DNA of 64,000 nucleotides. Source: Candidatus Doudnabacteria bacterium (lineage in GTDB: Bacteria; Patescibacteriota; Doudnabacteria; UBA920; O2-02-FULL-48-8). The stretch is taken from assembly GCA_016182875.1 (NCBI GenBank), contig JACPFQ010000004.1, positions 259,515 through 323,514 on the forward strand, read 5' to 3'. Under the pieces are notes generated by a model. That model saw nothing but the letters and a program-made list of their open reading frames with translations. It did no database searches and was not told where the DNA came from. The position numbers and the translations under genes are program-made. Each line of letters begins with the position of its first letter. Position 1 is the stretch's first letter. Positions 17,594 through 28,743 of this stretch are shown here, one piece after another.

Positions 17594-18511
17594 ATGCCAG
17601 AATTGCCAGAAGTCGAAACCATTGTTCGAGAGCTTAGACCTAAGCTTCGAAACAAAAAAATCAAAGACATCCGCGTCTTGCTGCCAAAAATGGTGGCGCT
17701 GGGGCCGGCGACTTTACCGAATCTTCGAAACACTTCTGGATTAGTGGCAGTTAAATTTGCCAAGACGTTAAAAGGTTTGAAGGTTACAAATGTTAAAAGG
17801 CGCGCGAAGCTTATCATTATCGACTTGGCGGGTAAATATTCTATTTTGGTTCATCTGAAAATGACTGGTCAACTAATTTTTTTAGATAAAAAGCATCTTA
17901 ACAAGCAGATAAGGCTTTTAAACATTCCAACTTTAAAACCTTCTAACCTCCCGGCCAAATCTACGCACGTCATTTTTGATTTCACGGACGGCTCTAGGCT
18001 TTTTTACAATGACTTTCGGCGGTTTGGGTACTTGAAGCTAGTTACTGATCAAGAACTGCCGCACGTCAGGGAATTGCAGGAATACGGTCCTGAGCCGCTT
18101 GACATAAATTTCACGACCGGTAAATTTATGTCAATTGTGAATAAACGACCGAAAGCAAAAATCAAACAATTTTTAATGGATCCAAAAAATATTGCCGGAA
18201 TCGGAAATATTTATTCCGACGAGATTTTGTATTATGCCAAGCTCAGGCCAAATCGGAGAGTGAACAGCCTGACGACGCAGGAGAAAAAAAAGTTATACTT
18301 AGGTATAGCAAAAATCTTGGGCGATGCCGTAGTGCATTACGGTTCATCGGTCGGAGACTTCGTCCGGCCTAGCGGCGATTGGGGGACCTACGGCTTTTTG
18401 CATAAAGTCTATGGCCGGGCAGGAGAAAAATGCAAAGTTTGTGGTAGTATAATAAAGAGCATTAAGTTCAACGGCAGGACGGGAAGTTTCTGTCCTGTTT
18501 GCCAGAAATAG
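17594..18511 (+). CDS. mutM: formamidopyrimidine-DNA glycosylase (Fpg/Nei family)
   Basis: 305 aa; MPELPEVE N-terminus, H2TH region and C-terminal zinc finger CKVCGS...CPVCQ. Confidence 0.85.
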   Translation: MPELPEVETIVRELRPKLRNKKIKDIRVLLPKMVALGPATLPNLRNTSGLVAVKFAKTLKGLKVTNVKRRAKLIIIDLAGKYSILVHLKMTGQLIFLDKKHLNKQIRLLNIPTLKPSNLPAKSTHVIFDFTDGSRLFYNDFRRFGYLKLVTDQELPHVRELQEYGPEPLDINFTTGKFMSIVNKRPKAKIKQFLMDPKNIAGIGNIYSDEILYYAKLRPNRRVNSLTTQEKKKLYLGIAKILGDAVVHYGSSVGDFVRPSGDWGTYGFLHKVYGRAGEKCKVCGSIIKSIKFNGRTGSFCPVCQK

Positions 18512-18514
18512 ATC

Positions 18515-18600
18515 GCCGCGTCGGCCTACGGCCTCCTCGCGAATGCGCATTTGCGAGGACCCCGGACTCCGATCCGGGGGACAAAGCAATCCAACCTAAA
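18515..18600. repeat. structured repeat (cggcctacggcctcctcgcgaatgcgcatttgcgagg...aaagcaatcc)
   Basis: Related copy at 13850-13940 overlapping the comEC 3' end. Confidence 0.45.
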
Positions 18601-18952
18601 CCCTATGGAAAACGACAAGTGGGAGGGCTTGAAAGAAGAAATCAAGAGGAAGTTTAAGATTCTTGAGGAAAAAACCGAAGACGTCCTTGGCGAGACTTCG
18701 GATGGCTTGGTCAAGCAAGGAGTGGCGGAGGTTTTGATTATAAAAACCCCCATGGGCAAAATCAAGCTCGTCCGCGAAAACCGGCCCGCGGTTTTGGACA
18801 AGAAATTCATTTACTCTCACCGCGCCGGCCAAGCCGGGCGCACGGAATACACTTTTTCGGACACGGAATTCTCGCACAAGCTCCGTGCGTTTAAGTGGGA
18901 TGAAGACGAAGATGACTGGAAGGAAATAGATGCCAAAAATTTCGGAAATTAA
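18551..18952 (+). CDS. hypothetical protein (probable start at MENDKWEG, about 18605)
   Basis: ORF with acidic C-terminus; overlaps the next gene start. Confidence 0.4.
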   Translation: MRGPRTPIRGTKQSNLNPMENDKWEGLKEEIKRKFKILEEKTEDVLGETSDGLVKQGVAEVLIIKTPMGKIKLVRENRPAVLDKKFIYSHRAGQAGRTEYTFSDTEFSHKLRAFKWDEDEDDWKEIDAKNFGN

Positions 18953-19865
18953 GGAGCGGGTTGGGACAGACTTAGCCAACGGTGTTCTGTCCACTTTGGC
19001 TTTTTTCGGCATGTATGGTTTGCCGCTATCTTCAAAAAGGGTTTTTGAACTGCTTTATCAAACCAGAGCCAGTAAGCAGCAGGTTAATGAGGCTTTGGAA
19101 GATTTGGTGTTAAGAAGCAAAGTTGTCAAACACGATAATCTTTACGCTCTGAAATCCTGGGATGACTTGCAGTCGCTGATGCGTGACGACGAAACAAAAA
19201 AACGCTGGAAGCAGGTCGACAAGTATTTCAAACTTTTGTCCAGCATTCCATTTATCGAGCATATTTCCATAATCCATAGTTTGGCCATCGGCAATGTCAA
19301 TTCCGAATCAGATATTGATTTTTTCGTAATCACGAAGCCAAATCGGCTTTATTTCGTGCGAAGCTTGGTTATCGTTTTATTCCGAATGTTCGGGGTTTAT
19401 AGAACCAGAACTCAAATCGCCGGCAGGCTAAGTTTTGGTTACTATGTCAGCAGCAAGGCTTTGGATTTATCCGAGGTTGAGGGCAAAGACCCATTCATGG
19501 CTTTTTGGTTCGCTTCGTTCCTGCCGATTTTCGGCAAGCAAACGTATTTAAAGCTTGCGGAAAGCAACCAATGGATTTATGAGTTCCTGCCGAATTATTC
19601 GCCGCAGGCCAGGATAGAAAACATCCGAAGAGCAGAATCAACTTTGCTCAAAAAGTTTCTGGAAACCCTGCTCCAGTTGCCCGCAGTTTTGATTGAACCG
19701 TTGCTTCGTTCTATTCATATCACTCACACTTTCAACCTTCCGGAGAATCACTGGGCGACCTCGACTACCATTGCCAACCGCGACGTCTTGAAACTGCAGG
19801 CGGTCAGCCAAAGGCGGCTGATAGTTGAAAAATATGAAAATCATCGCCGTAATATTGCTTTGTAA
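18930..19865 (+). CDS. putative nucleotidyltransferase-domain protein
   Basis: 311 aa; G..NSESDIDFFVI resembles the Pol-beta-type NTase signature. Confidence 0.45.
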   Translation: MPKISEIKERVGTDLANGVLSTLAFFGMYGLPLSSKRVFELLYQTRASKQQVNEALEDLVLRSKVVKHDNLYALKSWDDLQSLMRDDETKKRWKQVDKYFKLLSSIPFIEHISIIHSLAIGNVNSESDIDFFVITKPNRLYFVRSLVIVLFRMFGVYRTRTQIAGRLSFGYYVSSKALDLSEVEGKDPFMAFWFASFLPIFGKQTYLKLAESNQWIYEFLPNYSPQARIENIRRAESTLLKKFLETLLQLPAVLIEPLLRSIHITHTFNLPENHWATSTTIANRDVLKLQAVSQRRLIVEKYENHRRNIAL

Positions 19866-20583
19866 AAATTGGTGGCGTATCTTTTTGAGCAAGTTGTTTG
19901 TTCGCCAAAAGCTCAATCAAATAGAATTAAGAAACAAAACACGCTTCAAGGTCAATCAAAAATTGGAAACAGCTGAATTGTCCATGCTCGCCGACATCTG
20001 GCTTCGGCATGTTTATGAACGCGATTTTTTGAAAATTGAACCGACTGACGTGGTTTTGGACATAGGCGCTAACAAAGGATATTTTACAATTTACGCTGCC
20101 AGGCAAGCACAACATGTTTACAGCATCGAGCCTGTGCCGCGGTTGGTTGAATTTATCAAGTACAATACTTCCCTCAACAATCTTTTAAATGTTTCTGTTT
20201 TTGAGCAGGCCTTGTGGGACAGAACGGGAAGAGAAAATTTTTATATCTCGTCGAACAGCGGCGGACACGGCATGCGGCCGAAACCCTCAACGATCGGCGA
20301 AATAACCGTCGAGACAACTACTTTGGAACAGTTCTGCAGGGATAATAAAATTGAGAGAATTGATTTTCTGAAGCTCGACTGTGAGGGCTCGGAATACAAC
20401 ATTATTCTTACCTTAAGCGAAGCGATGCTTGGAAGAATAGGCAAAATCGCCATGGAGTGCCATGACTTTTTGAGTTTTCATCATTCGCAGATCCGGGATT
20501 TCCTGCAGGCCAAGGGCTTCGAAGTATTGGCGAAAAAAGGCTATTTGTATGCTTATCGGAAGGACTTGCAAAGCTTGCAATGA
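19825..20583 (+). CDS. FkbM family methyltransferase
   Basis: 252 aa; VLDIGANKGYFT, IEPVP, FLKLDCEGSEYNIL motifs. Confidence 0.75.
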   Translation: MKNMKIIAVILLCKNWWRIFLSKLFVRQKLNQIELRNKTRFKVNQKLETAELSMLADIWLRHVYERDFLKIEPTDVVLDIGANKGYFTIYAARQAQHVYSIEPVPRLVEFIKYNTSLNNLLNVSVFEQALWDRTGRENFYISSNSGGHGMRPKPSTIGEITVETTTLEQFCRDNKIERIDFLKLDCEGSEYNIILTLSEAMLGRIGKIAMECHDFLSFHHSQIRDFLQAKGFEVLAKKGYLYAYRKDLQSLQ

Positions 20584-20663
20584 CCGATTATAATTACTAG
20601 TACGAAAAAACAAAATGCCTTGTGGCATTTTTTTAACCAAAGCAATTGATATTAAACGGCAGC

Positions 20664-20770
20664 TTAGGATTTCCCTCCCCTCCCAGGGGAGGGACTAAGG
20701 GTGGGGTGGGTAAAGCAACCTTAAAGCCACCTCTCCCCCGACCCCTCTCCTGCGAGGAGAGGGGAGTTCT
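20664..20770. mobile_element. solo hairpin/G-rich/C-rich element, copy 2 (upstream of groES)
   Basis: ccctcccctcccaggggaggg...gggtggggtgggta...gccacctc...cccctctcctgcgaggagagggg; paralog of 15580-15700. Confidence 0.6.
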
Positions 20771-20788
20771 AAGCAGAAGGAGAACCAA

Positions 20789-21076
20789 ATGAATATCAAA
20801 CCATTGGGCGACAGGGTGCTTGTAAAGCCTCTGACCCAAGAAGAAGTTACCAAGTCAGGGATCGTGCTGCCTGACACTGCCGAGAAGGAAAAAAAAGAGC
20901 AGGGTGAGGTCGTGGCCATCGGCGAAGGCGAGAAAATCAAGAAGCTCAATCTCAAAATCGGCGATAAAGTTTTGTTCGGCAAATACTCAGGTGATGACGT
21001 CGAGATGGGAGAAGGTACGAATAAGGTCGAATATAAATTCCTCAAAGATGAGGATATTTTGGGCATTGTTGAGTAA
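20789..21076 (+). CDS. groES: co-chaperonin GroES
   Basis: 95 aa; IKPLGDRVLVK...GIVLPDTAKEK...GEVVAVG. Confidence 0.9.
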   Translation: MNIKPLGDRVLVKPLTQEEVTKSGIVLPDTAEKEKKEQGEVVAIGEGEKIKKLNLKIGDKVLFGKYSGDDVEMGEGTNKVEYKFLKDEDILGIVE

Positions 21077-22822
<1,746 letters not shown>

Positions 22823-22860
22823 TCCACTAATAGACACGAATATAAAACCAATAAACACTA

Positions 22861-23277
22861 ATGGCAGAACTCTTACATAAAGAGTTATCATATATAGTGC
22901 ATGGTGCGGCTATTGAAGTTCGAAAAGATTTTGGGCCAGGACACAAAGAAAAACTATATCAAACAGCATTTGCGCAGGAACTCGACCGCCGAAGTATAAA
23001 TTTCAAACAAGAGCCAGCAGTAAATATCTATTCACCTAAGGATGGACAAAAAGTCGGGTTATATTGACCCGACTTTGTTGTTGACGGTAAAATACTTGTC
23101 GAAATGAAGGCTGAAAAATTCGTTAATCGTGATGAGATCAAAAGAATCTATGATTATTTGCGAAACAGTAAATATGAATTAGCCTATTTTATAAACTTCG
23201 CTTCACCTAAGCTCTACGTCAGACGCATCATCTTTACTAATGATAGAAAGCTTTCAATGCCCAGTAAGTTCGTGTAA
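22861..23277 (+). pseudogene. GxxExxY protein (PD-(D/E)xK-like, TIGR04256-like) with in-frame TGA at 23065-23067
   Basis: ELSYIVHGAAIEVRKDFGPGHKEKLYQTAFAQEL...VGLY[TGA]PDFVVDGKILVEMKA...AYFINFASPKLYVRRII reads through in a single frame. Confidence 0.7.
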
Positions 23278-23345
23278 ATTCGTCTATTATTAGTGTTAAT
23301 TAGTGGTTTATTTGGCTAAGTTAAGCCTTTTTTGAGGCCAAAGTC

Positions 23346-23481
23346 TTGACAGCGCCGGCAAAAAGGTATATACTTTTGAGTTCTTTTTAAAATCGCATAT
23401 TATGCCAATTTCGTAACAGGACCGAAGTTTGGCGTTAAAAATTATACAAAAACAGCTCCTGTATTACGAGCTGTTTTTGTT
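23346..23481 (+). ncRNA. candidate small RNA unit (promoter TTGACA-17-TATACT to intrinsic terminator, about 100 nt transcript)
   Basis: ttgaca at 23346, tatact at 23369; hairpin acagctc ctgtattac gagctgt plus T-run at 23452-23481; no ORF longer than 5 codons. Confidence 0.25.
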
Positions 23482-23614
23482 TCCACTATTCTGGGTACTA
23501 ACTTGATTTAGCCCGCCCGAACGTACCGTTCGGTACGGGCGGGCAGGGAAATCATTTTATTGCCCTCTTAAGCAATCAAGCCTAAGTACCCAGAATTGTG
23601 GAAGTAACAGCAAG
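23479..23614 (+). repeat. array leader repeat copy A (gtttccactattctgggtac ... gtacccagaattgtggaagtaacagcaag) with nested GC hairpin insert
   Basis: Inverted arms flank a conserved core; ends 43 bp before the ORF 23657 start. Confidence 0.7.
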
Positions 23615-23656
23615 TTCTTTTGTTTTAGCGCTTTAAATGCGCAGCGGGAGTGTGAG

Positions 23657-24013
23657 ATGAAGAATATGCGATGTATTGCGTTGTACTTCGCCTTGGTCGC
23701 CTCGCTTGGTTTCAATGTCTACTACATGTTCAAAATGTCGGCGGGCCGCGTCGGCCAGGTCATGACAAGGGTCGGCAACATCCCGAACAACGAAGTGCAG
23801 TTCGAGCTCTTCGAAGTCAGCGCTGTCGGTCAGTCGAAGATGCTCTATGGCTGTTTGGAACTCCGCGCGGTGGAGAAGACCATGGCCTACCTCGGGACCA
23901 CGTATAGCGCGGACTATACGTACTTCACCGAACAGGGGTGGGTCACCATGCTGGTCGATCCGGTTCCGGTGACGTTCGCCGGCCTTCGATACATCAACCA
24001 GCGTATCGAGTAG
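23657..24013 (+). CDS. array ORF1: small secreted/membrane protein (118 aa)
   Basis: Signal-peptide-like N-terminus; GC about 60%. Confidence 0.5.
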   Translation: MKNMRCIALYFALVASLGFNVYYMFKMSAGRVGQVMTRVGNIPNNEVQFELFEVSAVGQSKMLYGCLELRAVEKTMAYLGTTYSADYTYFTEQGWVTMLVDPVPVTFAGLRYINQRIE

Positions 24014-24248
24014 TGCCAACAACCGGCGGCGCCGGAAACTGAGGGTAAGTAGGAGGAAGTTCCCAACCGCTTGGCGGCGGTCACAAATCATTTCGGATTA
24101 CTTCATTCTAAGTAATCCACCCAGAAGTGCGCCAACACTTCTCCTGTCCTGTGAGCTAGTACTCTAATACTGCGCCGTATTAGAGTGAAGCTTAGAGGAT
24201 AGGACATTAACAAACTTCTAATTTCTAATTACTAATTTCTAAAATTTT

Positions 24249-24340
24249 GTTTCCACGATTCTGGGCGTTAGTTAGAACTAAGGATGAATTCAGTAATACT
24301 GCCTTGAAAGTTAAATTGATACCCAGAATCGTGGAAGTGA
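24249..24340 (+). repeat. array leader repeat copy D (gtttccacgattctggg ... cccagaatcgtggaagtg)
   Basis: 13-bp perfect inverted arms; ends 40 bp before ORF 24380. Confidence 0.7.
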
Positions 24341-24379
24341 AAGATTGTCAGCACCTGACAAGGTGCAAAGTGAGGCAAC

Positions 24380-24613
24380 ATGAAGGGATTAAGCGCTCTC
24401 CTCGGAATCGCGATGATACTTCTGGCTCTCCGGGTTAGCTCTGTTGTTGAAGCCAACCCTGATCCATATAGGGAGATTCTCCCCGGGGTGATTGCGGTCG
24501 CCTCGATCGTCTGTCTCGTAATGGCCGCCGCCGGCCTGCTGCTGTACGCGATCTCGCCGCCGAGTAATCGGGACAACCTGCCGCGGCAGACGTCCTGTCG
24601 GTGGCACAAGTAA
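24380..24613 (+). CDS. array ORF2: small membrane protein (77 aa, two predicted TM helices)
   Basis: Hydrophobic; GC-rich. Confidence 0.45.
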   Translation: MKGLSALLGIAMILLALRVSSVVEANPDPYREILPGVIAVASIVCLVMAAAGLLLYAISPPSNRDNLPRQTSCRWHK

Positions 24614-24738
24614 GGCCAACGACGGCACTATGAATGGAGGACACAGAATGCATTAAGTAACTCGCGAACCATCGCGAATTGAATAGTGGGGCCAGAGCAA
24701 GCCAAACCTCTGTCCCCACATCCCGTTTCCAATATTTT

Positions 24739-24833
24739 GTTTCCACTATTCTGGGTACTAACTTGATTTAGCAGGGAAATCATTTTATTGCCCTCTTAAG
24801 CAATCAAGCCTAAGCACCCAGAATTGTGGAATT
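24739..24833 (+). repeat. array leader repeat copy B
   Basis: gtttccactattctgggtactaacttgatttagcagggaaatcattttattgccctcttaagcaatcaagcctaagcacccagaattgtgga; about 95% identical to copy A without its insert. Confidence 0.75.
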
Positions 24834-25101
24834 GAAAGGGAGGATGGACATGACGCGTGCGCAGCGCAAGAGATACGAAAGGAAGATGCAGAAGAAGGCC
24901 GAACGGGGCCTGATTGCGCCGACTCTCGTGATCGTCGGCGGGCTGGCCTTGGCGCAGGTCGGTTACTCGTTGATCTCTGAGCCGTTCAGGATCATCGAGT
25001 TCATCGGCCTCGGCATCGTCGCTCTCGCCGGAGCCGATTGGTTGAGAGTATTCGTGTACATGTATCGCAACCGGCCGACCTACGAGGATCGGCTGCTCTA
25101 G
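24826..25101 (+). CDS. array ORF3: small membrane protein (probable start MDMTRAQ at 24847)
   Basis: RBS gggagg; basic N-terminus followed by two TM helices. Confidence 0.45.
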   Translation: MELKGRMDMTRAQRKRYERKMQKKAERGLIAPTLVIVGGLALAQVGYSLISEPFRIIEFIGLGIVALAGADWLRVFVYMYRNRPTYEDRLL

Positions 25102-25109
25102 GAGGGCAG

Positions 25110-25460
25110 ATGAAGCTCAGAACCATCGGTTGGGTGCTCGCGTTTGTCGCCGCGGCCATTGTCGGCGCGATCGGCGACAACATGTACATGCAGGCGCGGC
25201 TTGAAGCCCAGCTCGGCTCATGCCCCGCCACGGTCCAGGTCCTGCAAGACGCCCTCGACAACTCGGCTGTGCTGAAAGAACAGCTGACCGAGTGGTTCGT
25301 GGCCACCGACGAACAAACCAAGCCGCTTCGGCTGACCTCCTTCACTGTCAGCCAAAAGGGCGAGGAGAAGCGCTGGGTCGGAGCCGCGGTCGAGAAGGAC
25401 CTGCTGCTCTCGCCGATCGGCAGAATCGTCGGCCGTGTCGTCGGCGAAGCCGGTCCCTAG
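25110..25460 (+). CDS. array ORF4: membrane-anchored small protein (116 aa)
   Basis: RBS ggaggg 6 nt upstream of ATG 25110; N-terminal TM helix. Confidence 0.45.
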   Translation: MKLRTIGWVLAFVAAAIVGAIGDNMYMQARLEAQLGSCPATVQVLQDALDNSAVLKEQLTEWFVATDEQTKPLRLTSFTVSQKGEEKRWVGAAVEKDLLLSPIGRIVGRVVGEAGP

Positions 25461-25610
25461 CGTTCCGTGAGGCGCGATGAGTGAGAGGTCTATTCGACTC
25501 TCCTCATCCGCTCTCTTCCTAAATTTTCGAGATTCGAAGATTTTGGAAGGGAGCAATCCCGAAACGGATTTAAATACTTTAATACATTATCGTATTAAAG
25601 TGAATAGGTT

Positions 25611-25739
25611 AATAGTTAACAGCCACGAGCCAAGCTCGTGTCCGCCATTCTGGGTACTAACTTGATTTAGCAGGGAAATCAAATTATGCCCTCAAAGCAA
25701 TCAAGCCATTGCACCCAGAGTCGTGGAAGTAACAGCAAG
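25611..25739 (+). repeat. array leader repeat copy C (with upstream conserved module aatagttaacagccacgagccaagctcgtg)
   Basis: Same core as A/B; the upstream module is shared with copy G (26905-26945). Confidence 0.7.
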
Positions 25740-25776
25740 ATCTTTGATAAAAAAAGTCGCCTTGGTTAGGCGACGG

Positions 25777-26158
25777 CTAGTATAGAATATAGTTAGTAAG
25801 GCAGAACAATTCCGAGTTTGTCGGCCACTTTTTTGGCCCAAGCTTCCAGGACTTCCAGGCGTTTGCGCATGATGATATGCTCTTCCTGGAAAGTTTTGAC
25901 GATTTTAGTAAGCCCGTCAGGTTTGTTAAGAGAATGTCAATCTTTGAATCAGTATGCGCTAAATCCTCTTTAGTGACAAAGACTTCTTTCTCAGCTTCGA
26001 TTAAATTTTTGATGTCCTGGGGAGTAAGCATTTATGCTGTTAATTAATATTAAAATTTGATCTATATGTTTTTGAACCTTAGTAATATCCGCTTCCAGCT
26101 TGTCGAACTTCTCGTCCAAGTATCCCAATAATGGTTTAAAATTAATCTCAGCCATAAT
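25777..26158 (-). pseudogene. AT-rich coiled-coil protein remnant broken into at least three frames
   Basis: MAEINFKPLLGYLDEKFDKLEADITKVQ... / MLTPQDIKNLIEAEKEVFVTKEDL... / KIVKTFQEEHIIMRKRLEVLEAWAKKVADKLGIVLPY lie in different frames on the minus strand. Confidence 0.25.
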
Positions 26159-26204
26159 AGTGCATTTATTCTAGTCCTTTGAAAATTTCCAGTCAATATA
26201 TTTT

Positions 26205-26252
26205 GTTTCTACGGTTCTGGGCGTTAGAATTAGCACCCAGAATTGTGGAGGC
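26205..26252 (+). repeat. array leader repeat copy F (short form: gtttctacggttctgggcgttagaattagcacccagaattgtggaggc)
   Basis: Minimal inverted-arm version; ends 19 bp before ORF 26271. Confidence 0.65.
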
Positions 26253-26270
26253 AAACAAGCTTCTACTAAT

Positions 26271-26669
26271 ATGCAGGAGGACTGCATGACGATAAACCAT
26301 GAGTTTAAGGTCGGCGATCGTGTCAGGTTTTCTCGAGCCGGAATTGGCGACTCGATTGACCTTTCTGAGGAAAGAGTCGCTCAACTGAGACAGAAAATCG
26401 CTCAGTTGAAAGATCAGGCAGTCGAGAAAGAACTGGCTGTAGACCAGCAGATTGAACTGGAAGCGAGCATGGATGAATTGGATTACATCCTCTTGCTCAG
26501 TTCAAACTCAATCTACTGCGTAGTCGAAAAGAGAACGCAGTGTACGATTTTCGAGAACACCAGCGGTGTCTCGAAAGAAGTTTTGGCCCAGGACATCAAG
26601 CTTGAAGATGTTTTTGTGCCAAATCTCTACGACGAGCTTTTCCCGGTTGACTGGTTCGAACTCGCTTAA
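26271..26669 (+). CDS. array ORF6: hypothetical soluble protein (132 aa)
   Basis: RBS gcaggagg; no TM segment. Confidence 0.45.
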   Translation: MQEDCMTINHEFKVGDRVRFSRAGIGDSIDLSEERVAQLRQKIAQLKDQAVEKELAVDQQIELEASMDELDYILLLSSNSIYCVVEKRTQCTIFENTSGVSKEVLAQDIKLEDVFVPNLYDELFPVDWFELA

Positions 26670-26797
26670 GTAGTCCTGTTCGGAAATCTCTCAAGGTTGG
26701 TTGGGTTAGAAGCAAGCCCCGTGTGGTGTAGCCGTCGTGCAATTACCAAGAAGTGCAGTTAGGTCCAAGGTGTAAGTTGATTAATTTCTCTTCCACC

Positions 26798-26853
26798 TTT
26801 CTATTTCCCTTCAATGGGACTGATGAGTCCGTGAAATCCGGACGAAATAGAAA
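26798..26853 (+). ncRNA. candidate minimal type III hammerhead ribozyme
   Basis: Stem III tttctat/atagaaa; U17; stem I tccc-ttcaat-ggga; CUGAUGA at 26820-26826; stem II GUCCG-ugaaauc-CGGAC with G10.1:C11.1; GAAA at 26844-26847. Confidence 0.55.
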
Positions 26854-26855
26854 TT

Positions 26856-27085
26856 GTTTCCACGATTCTGAATACTTAATGTTGTAATACAGGAACTAAA
26901 TAGTTAACAGTCACGAGCTAAGCTCGTGTCCACCATTCTGGGCACTTATCTTGGTTTAGTCCCGACGCTACGGTTCCGACGCAAGGTCGGAACAGGTCGG
27001 GACAGGCAGGGAATCATATATAAATGCCCTCGAGCCTTAAGCAATCAATGCTCTAAGTACCCAGAATTGTGGAAGTAACAGCAAG
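26856..27085 (+). repeat. array leader repeat copy G (composite, 230 bp, extra nested hairpins gtcccgac...gtcgggac)
   Basis: gtttccacgattctg ... aatagttaacagtcacgagctaagctcgtgtccaccattctgggcac ... gtacccagaattgtggaagtaacagcaag; ends 18 bp before ORF 27104. Confidence 0.7.
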
Positions 27086-27103
27086 TTCTTTTGAGCGCGA
27101 AAT

Positions 27104-27439
27104 GTGCGCGTGAGGTGTGACATGCAGATTCAGGATTTTATCTTGATCGCCCTCGGGATTGCGGCGTTCCTCTCCATCACGTTGAGGGTCGCGCGAGCTC
27201 TCTGGACTCTCGGGTCCAGCGCGCGCGGTCTGCTCGGACTACTCGGGCTGGTCGTCGGTGGGTTCGTTCTTATCTGGCTCGTGACTCTCATGCCGGAATC
27301 GGTAATTCCGGTTCAGGGCAAGCGTCTCTTACAGATCGCCGGTATCCTCATGATGCTTGGCGGACTGTATCAAACAATGCAGATGAGGTTCCGGGAAGCG
27401 CATCTGCCGCCAGGTTCCAAGGAGGATGCGGCGCGGTAA
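27104..27439 (+). CDS. array ORF7: small membrane protein (111 aa, 3 TM helices)
   Basis: Hydrophobic; GC-rich. Confidence 0.45.
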   Translation: MRVRCDMQIQDFILIALGIAAFLSITLRVARALWTLGSSARGLLGLLGLVVGGFVLIWLVTLMPESVIPVQGKRLLQIAGILMMLGGLYQTMQMRFREAHLPPGSKEDAAR

Positions 27440-27658
27440 CGCGTCGTAAAAGTGCAAAGGTGGCGAGATGGTTCATACCCACGATGGGTCACTGACCGTT
27501 TTGCCTTCCTTCCCTTGGACTGCACTTATAATACTTTAACGTATTGAAGTGGAGTCCAGAGGATCGGAAGTTAAATCAGTAATAAGAAACTAGTAATAAG
27601 TAATTAGGACAAAAGATTCTAATTACTATATACTTTTTACTAATTACTAATCACTTTT

Positions 27659-27752
27659 GTTTCTAGAATGCGAGTGTAGTTGGCTTAAGTTAAGAGAGAA
27701 CATCATTTTTCAGTCTCAGAACTAACAAGCTAAATACATTCCATTGTGGACG
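27659..27752 (+). repeat. array leader repeat copy I (degenerate)
   Basis: gtttctagaatg...ccattgtggacgcg, preceded by the AT-rich taattactaat motif as in copy D. Confidence 0.4.
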
Positions 27753-27769
27753 CGAATTGAGGTGATGAG

Positions 27770-27976
27770 GTGACTATGAAGAACCCATTGTTCAAACCCG
27801 GAGATCGGTGCACGTTCACCAACCGCAGCGGGAATAGCGCACGCAGCGGTGAAAAATGCACGGTGGTCACTGTGGTTCCGCCGGATGAGCATGATGGCGG
27901 TGTCGCCTACATCGTCGAGTTCGAAAACGGCCACAGGATATCAGTTCATGAAGAAGAGCTCATGCAGACGCATTGA
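27770..27976 (+). CDS. array ORF8: small soluble protein (68 aa)
   Basis: ORF immediately 3' of the degenerate repeat. Confidence 0.4.
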   Translation: MTMKNPLFKPGDRCTFTNRSGNSARSGEKCTVVTVVPPDEHDGGVAYIVEFENGHRISVHEEELMQTH

Positions 27977-28299
27977 GGACTAACATGCATATCGAGATTG
28001 ATTCGTCCTGGAAGTTCCGGTTGCTCCTCGGTGGTTTGCTCCTGGCGATTTACTTCCTCTGGGAGTACGTCGCAAGCCAGCCGCACCACCTCGTCATCAA
28101 GTAGGAGGATTCCTTCCAGCCAGGAAAGCAAGATTTTCCAATCAGCTCACCTTCACCTGGCTTATCCAGCAGGATTGACTCAAGATTAATCCTGCTCCTG
28201 CCCTTGCGCTTAAAACTATATTGAGCTTGAGGGCGGGTCAGTGGTATAATATAGTGTTAAAGCACTTTTATATAATAAAGTCTTTGAGACTTTGGATAC

Positions 28300-28332
28300 T
28301 TAGTTGGTTAAGCGGCCAGAATCGTGGAGGCT
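28300..28332 (+). repeat. array leader repeat copy H (3' arm only: gccagaatcgtggaggc)
   Basis: Partial match to the conserved 3' arm; 18 bp before ORF 28351. Confidence 0.35.
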
Positions 28333-28350
28333 TAACCAAAGGAGGTTGCG

Positions 28351-28614
28351 ATGCCTGAGATCATCGGCTCAGCCGAAGCTGCCAGTTTGACCACCATAGG
28401 CGCGCTGCTTTTCATCCGCTTTGTGTTCGTTGGCCTCTGCCATGTCGAAGACAAAGCCCGCTCCTTCAGCCGACGGGTCTACGGACAGGAAGAAGCGTCC
28501 GAAATCCCGGCAAGCGTCACTGCTCCCGCCGGAAAGATCGTTTCTTTCCCTGCCATCGCCGCGCCCGCACCAATCTCGCGAGAGCGAGAAAAGCAGCCCC
28601 CAATTGCTGCGTAG
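28351..28614 (+). CDS. array ORF9: small membrane protein (87 aa)
   Basis: RBS aaaggagg; N-terminal TM helix. Confidence 0.4.
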   Translation: MPEIIGSAEAASLTTIGALLFIRFVFVGLCHVEDKARSFSRRVYGQEEASEIPASVTAPAGKIVSFPAIAAPAPISREREKQPPIAA

Positions 28615-28743
28615 GCGCTACCAAGAAGGTGGTTCGCTTCTCTAGAGCCACCTTCCCCTCCTTATGTGTTTGACCAAAAGGTCGAATGCATAAGGAGGGA
28701 TATATTTCCGCCCTCGTGTCGTTAACCTCTTAGAGAGGAGAGT

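Noticed and set aside
20584-20788. CIRCE/HrcA operator upstream of groES
   Set aside because: No TTAGCACTC-N9-GAGTGCTAA element. The leader is occupied by the solo C-rich/G-rich hairpin element instead.
22861-23277. Alternative genetic code (TGA read as Trp or Gly) explaining the in-frame TGA
   Set aside because: TGA terminates several well-delimited genes in this window (3877, 10692, 20583, 62817) and no other conserved gene here shows an internal TGA.
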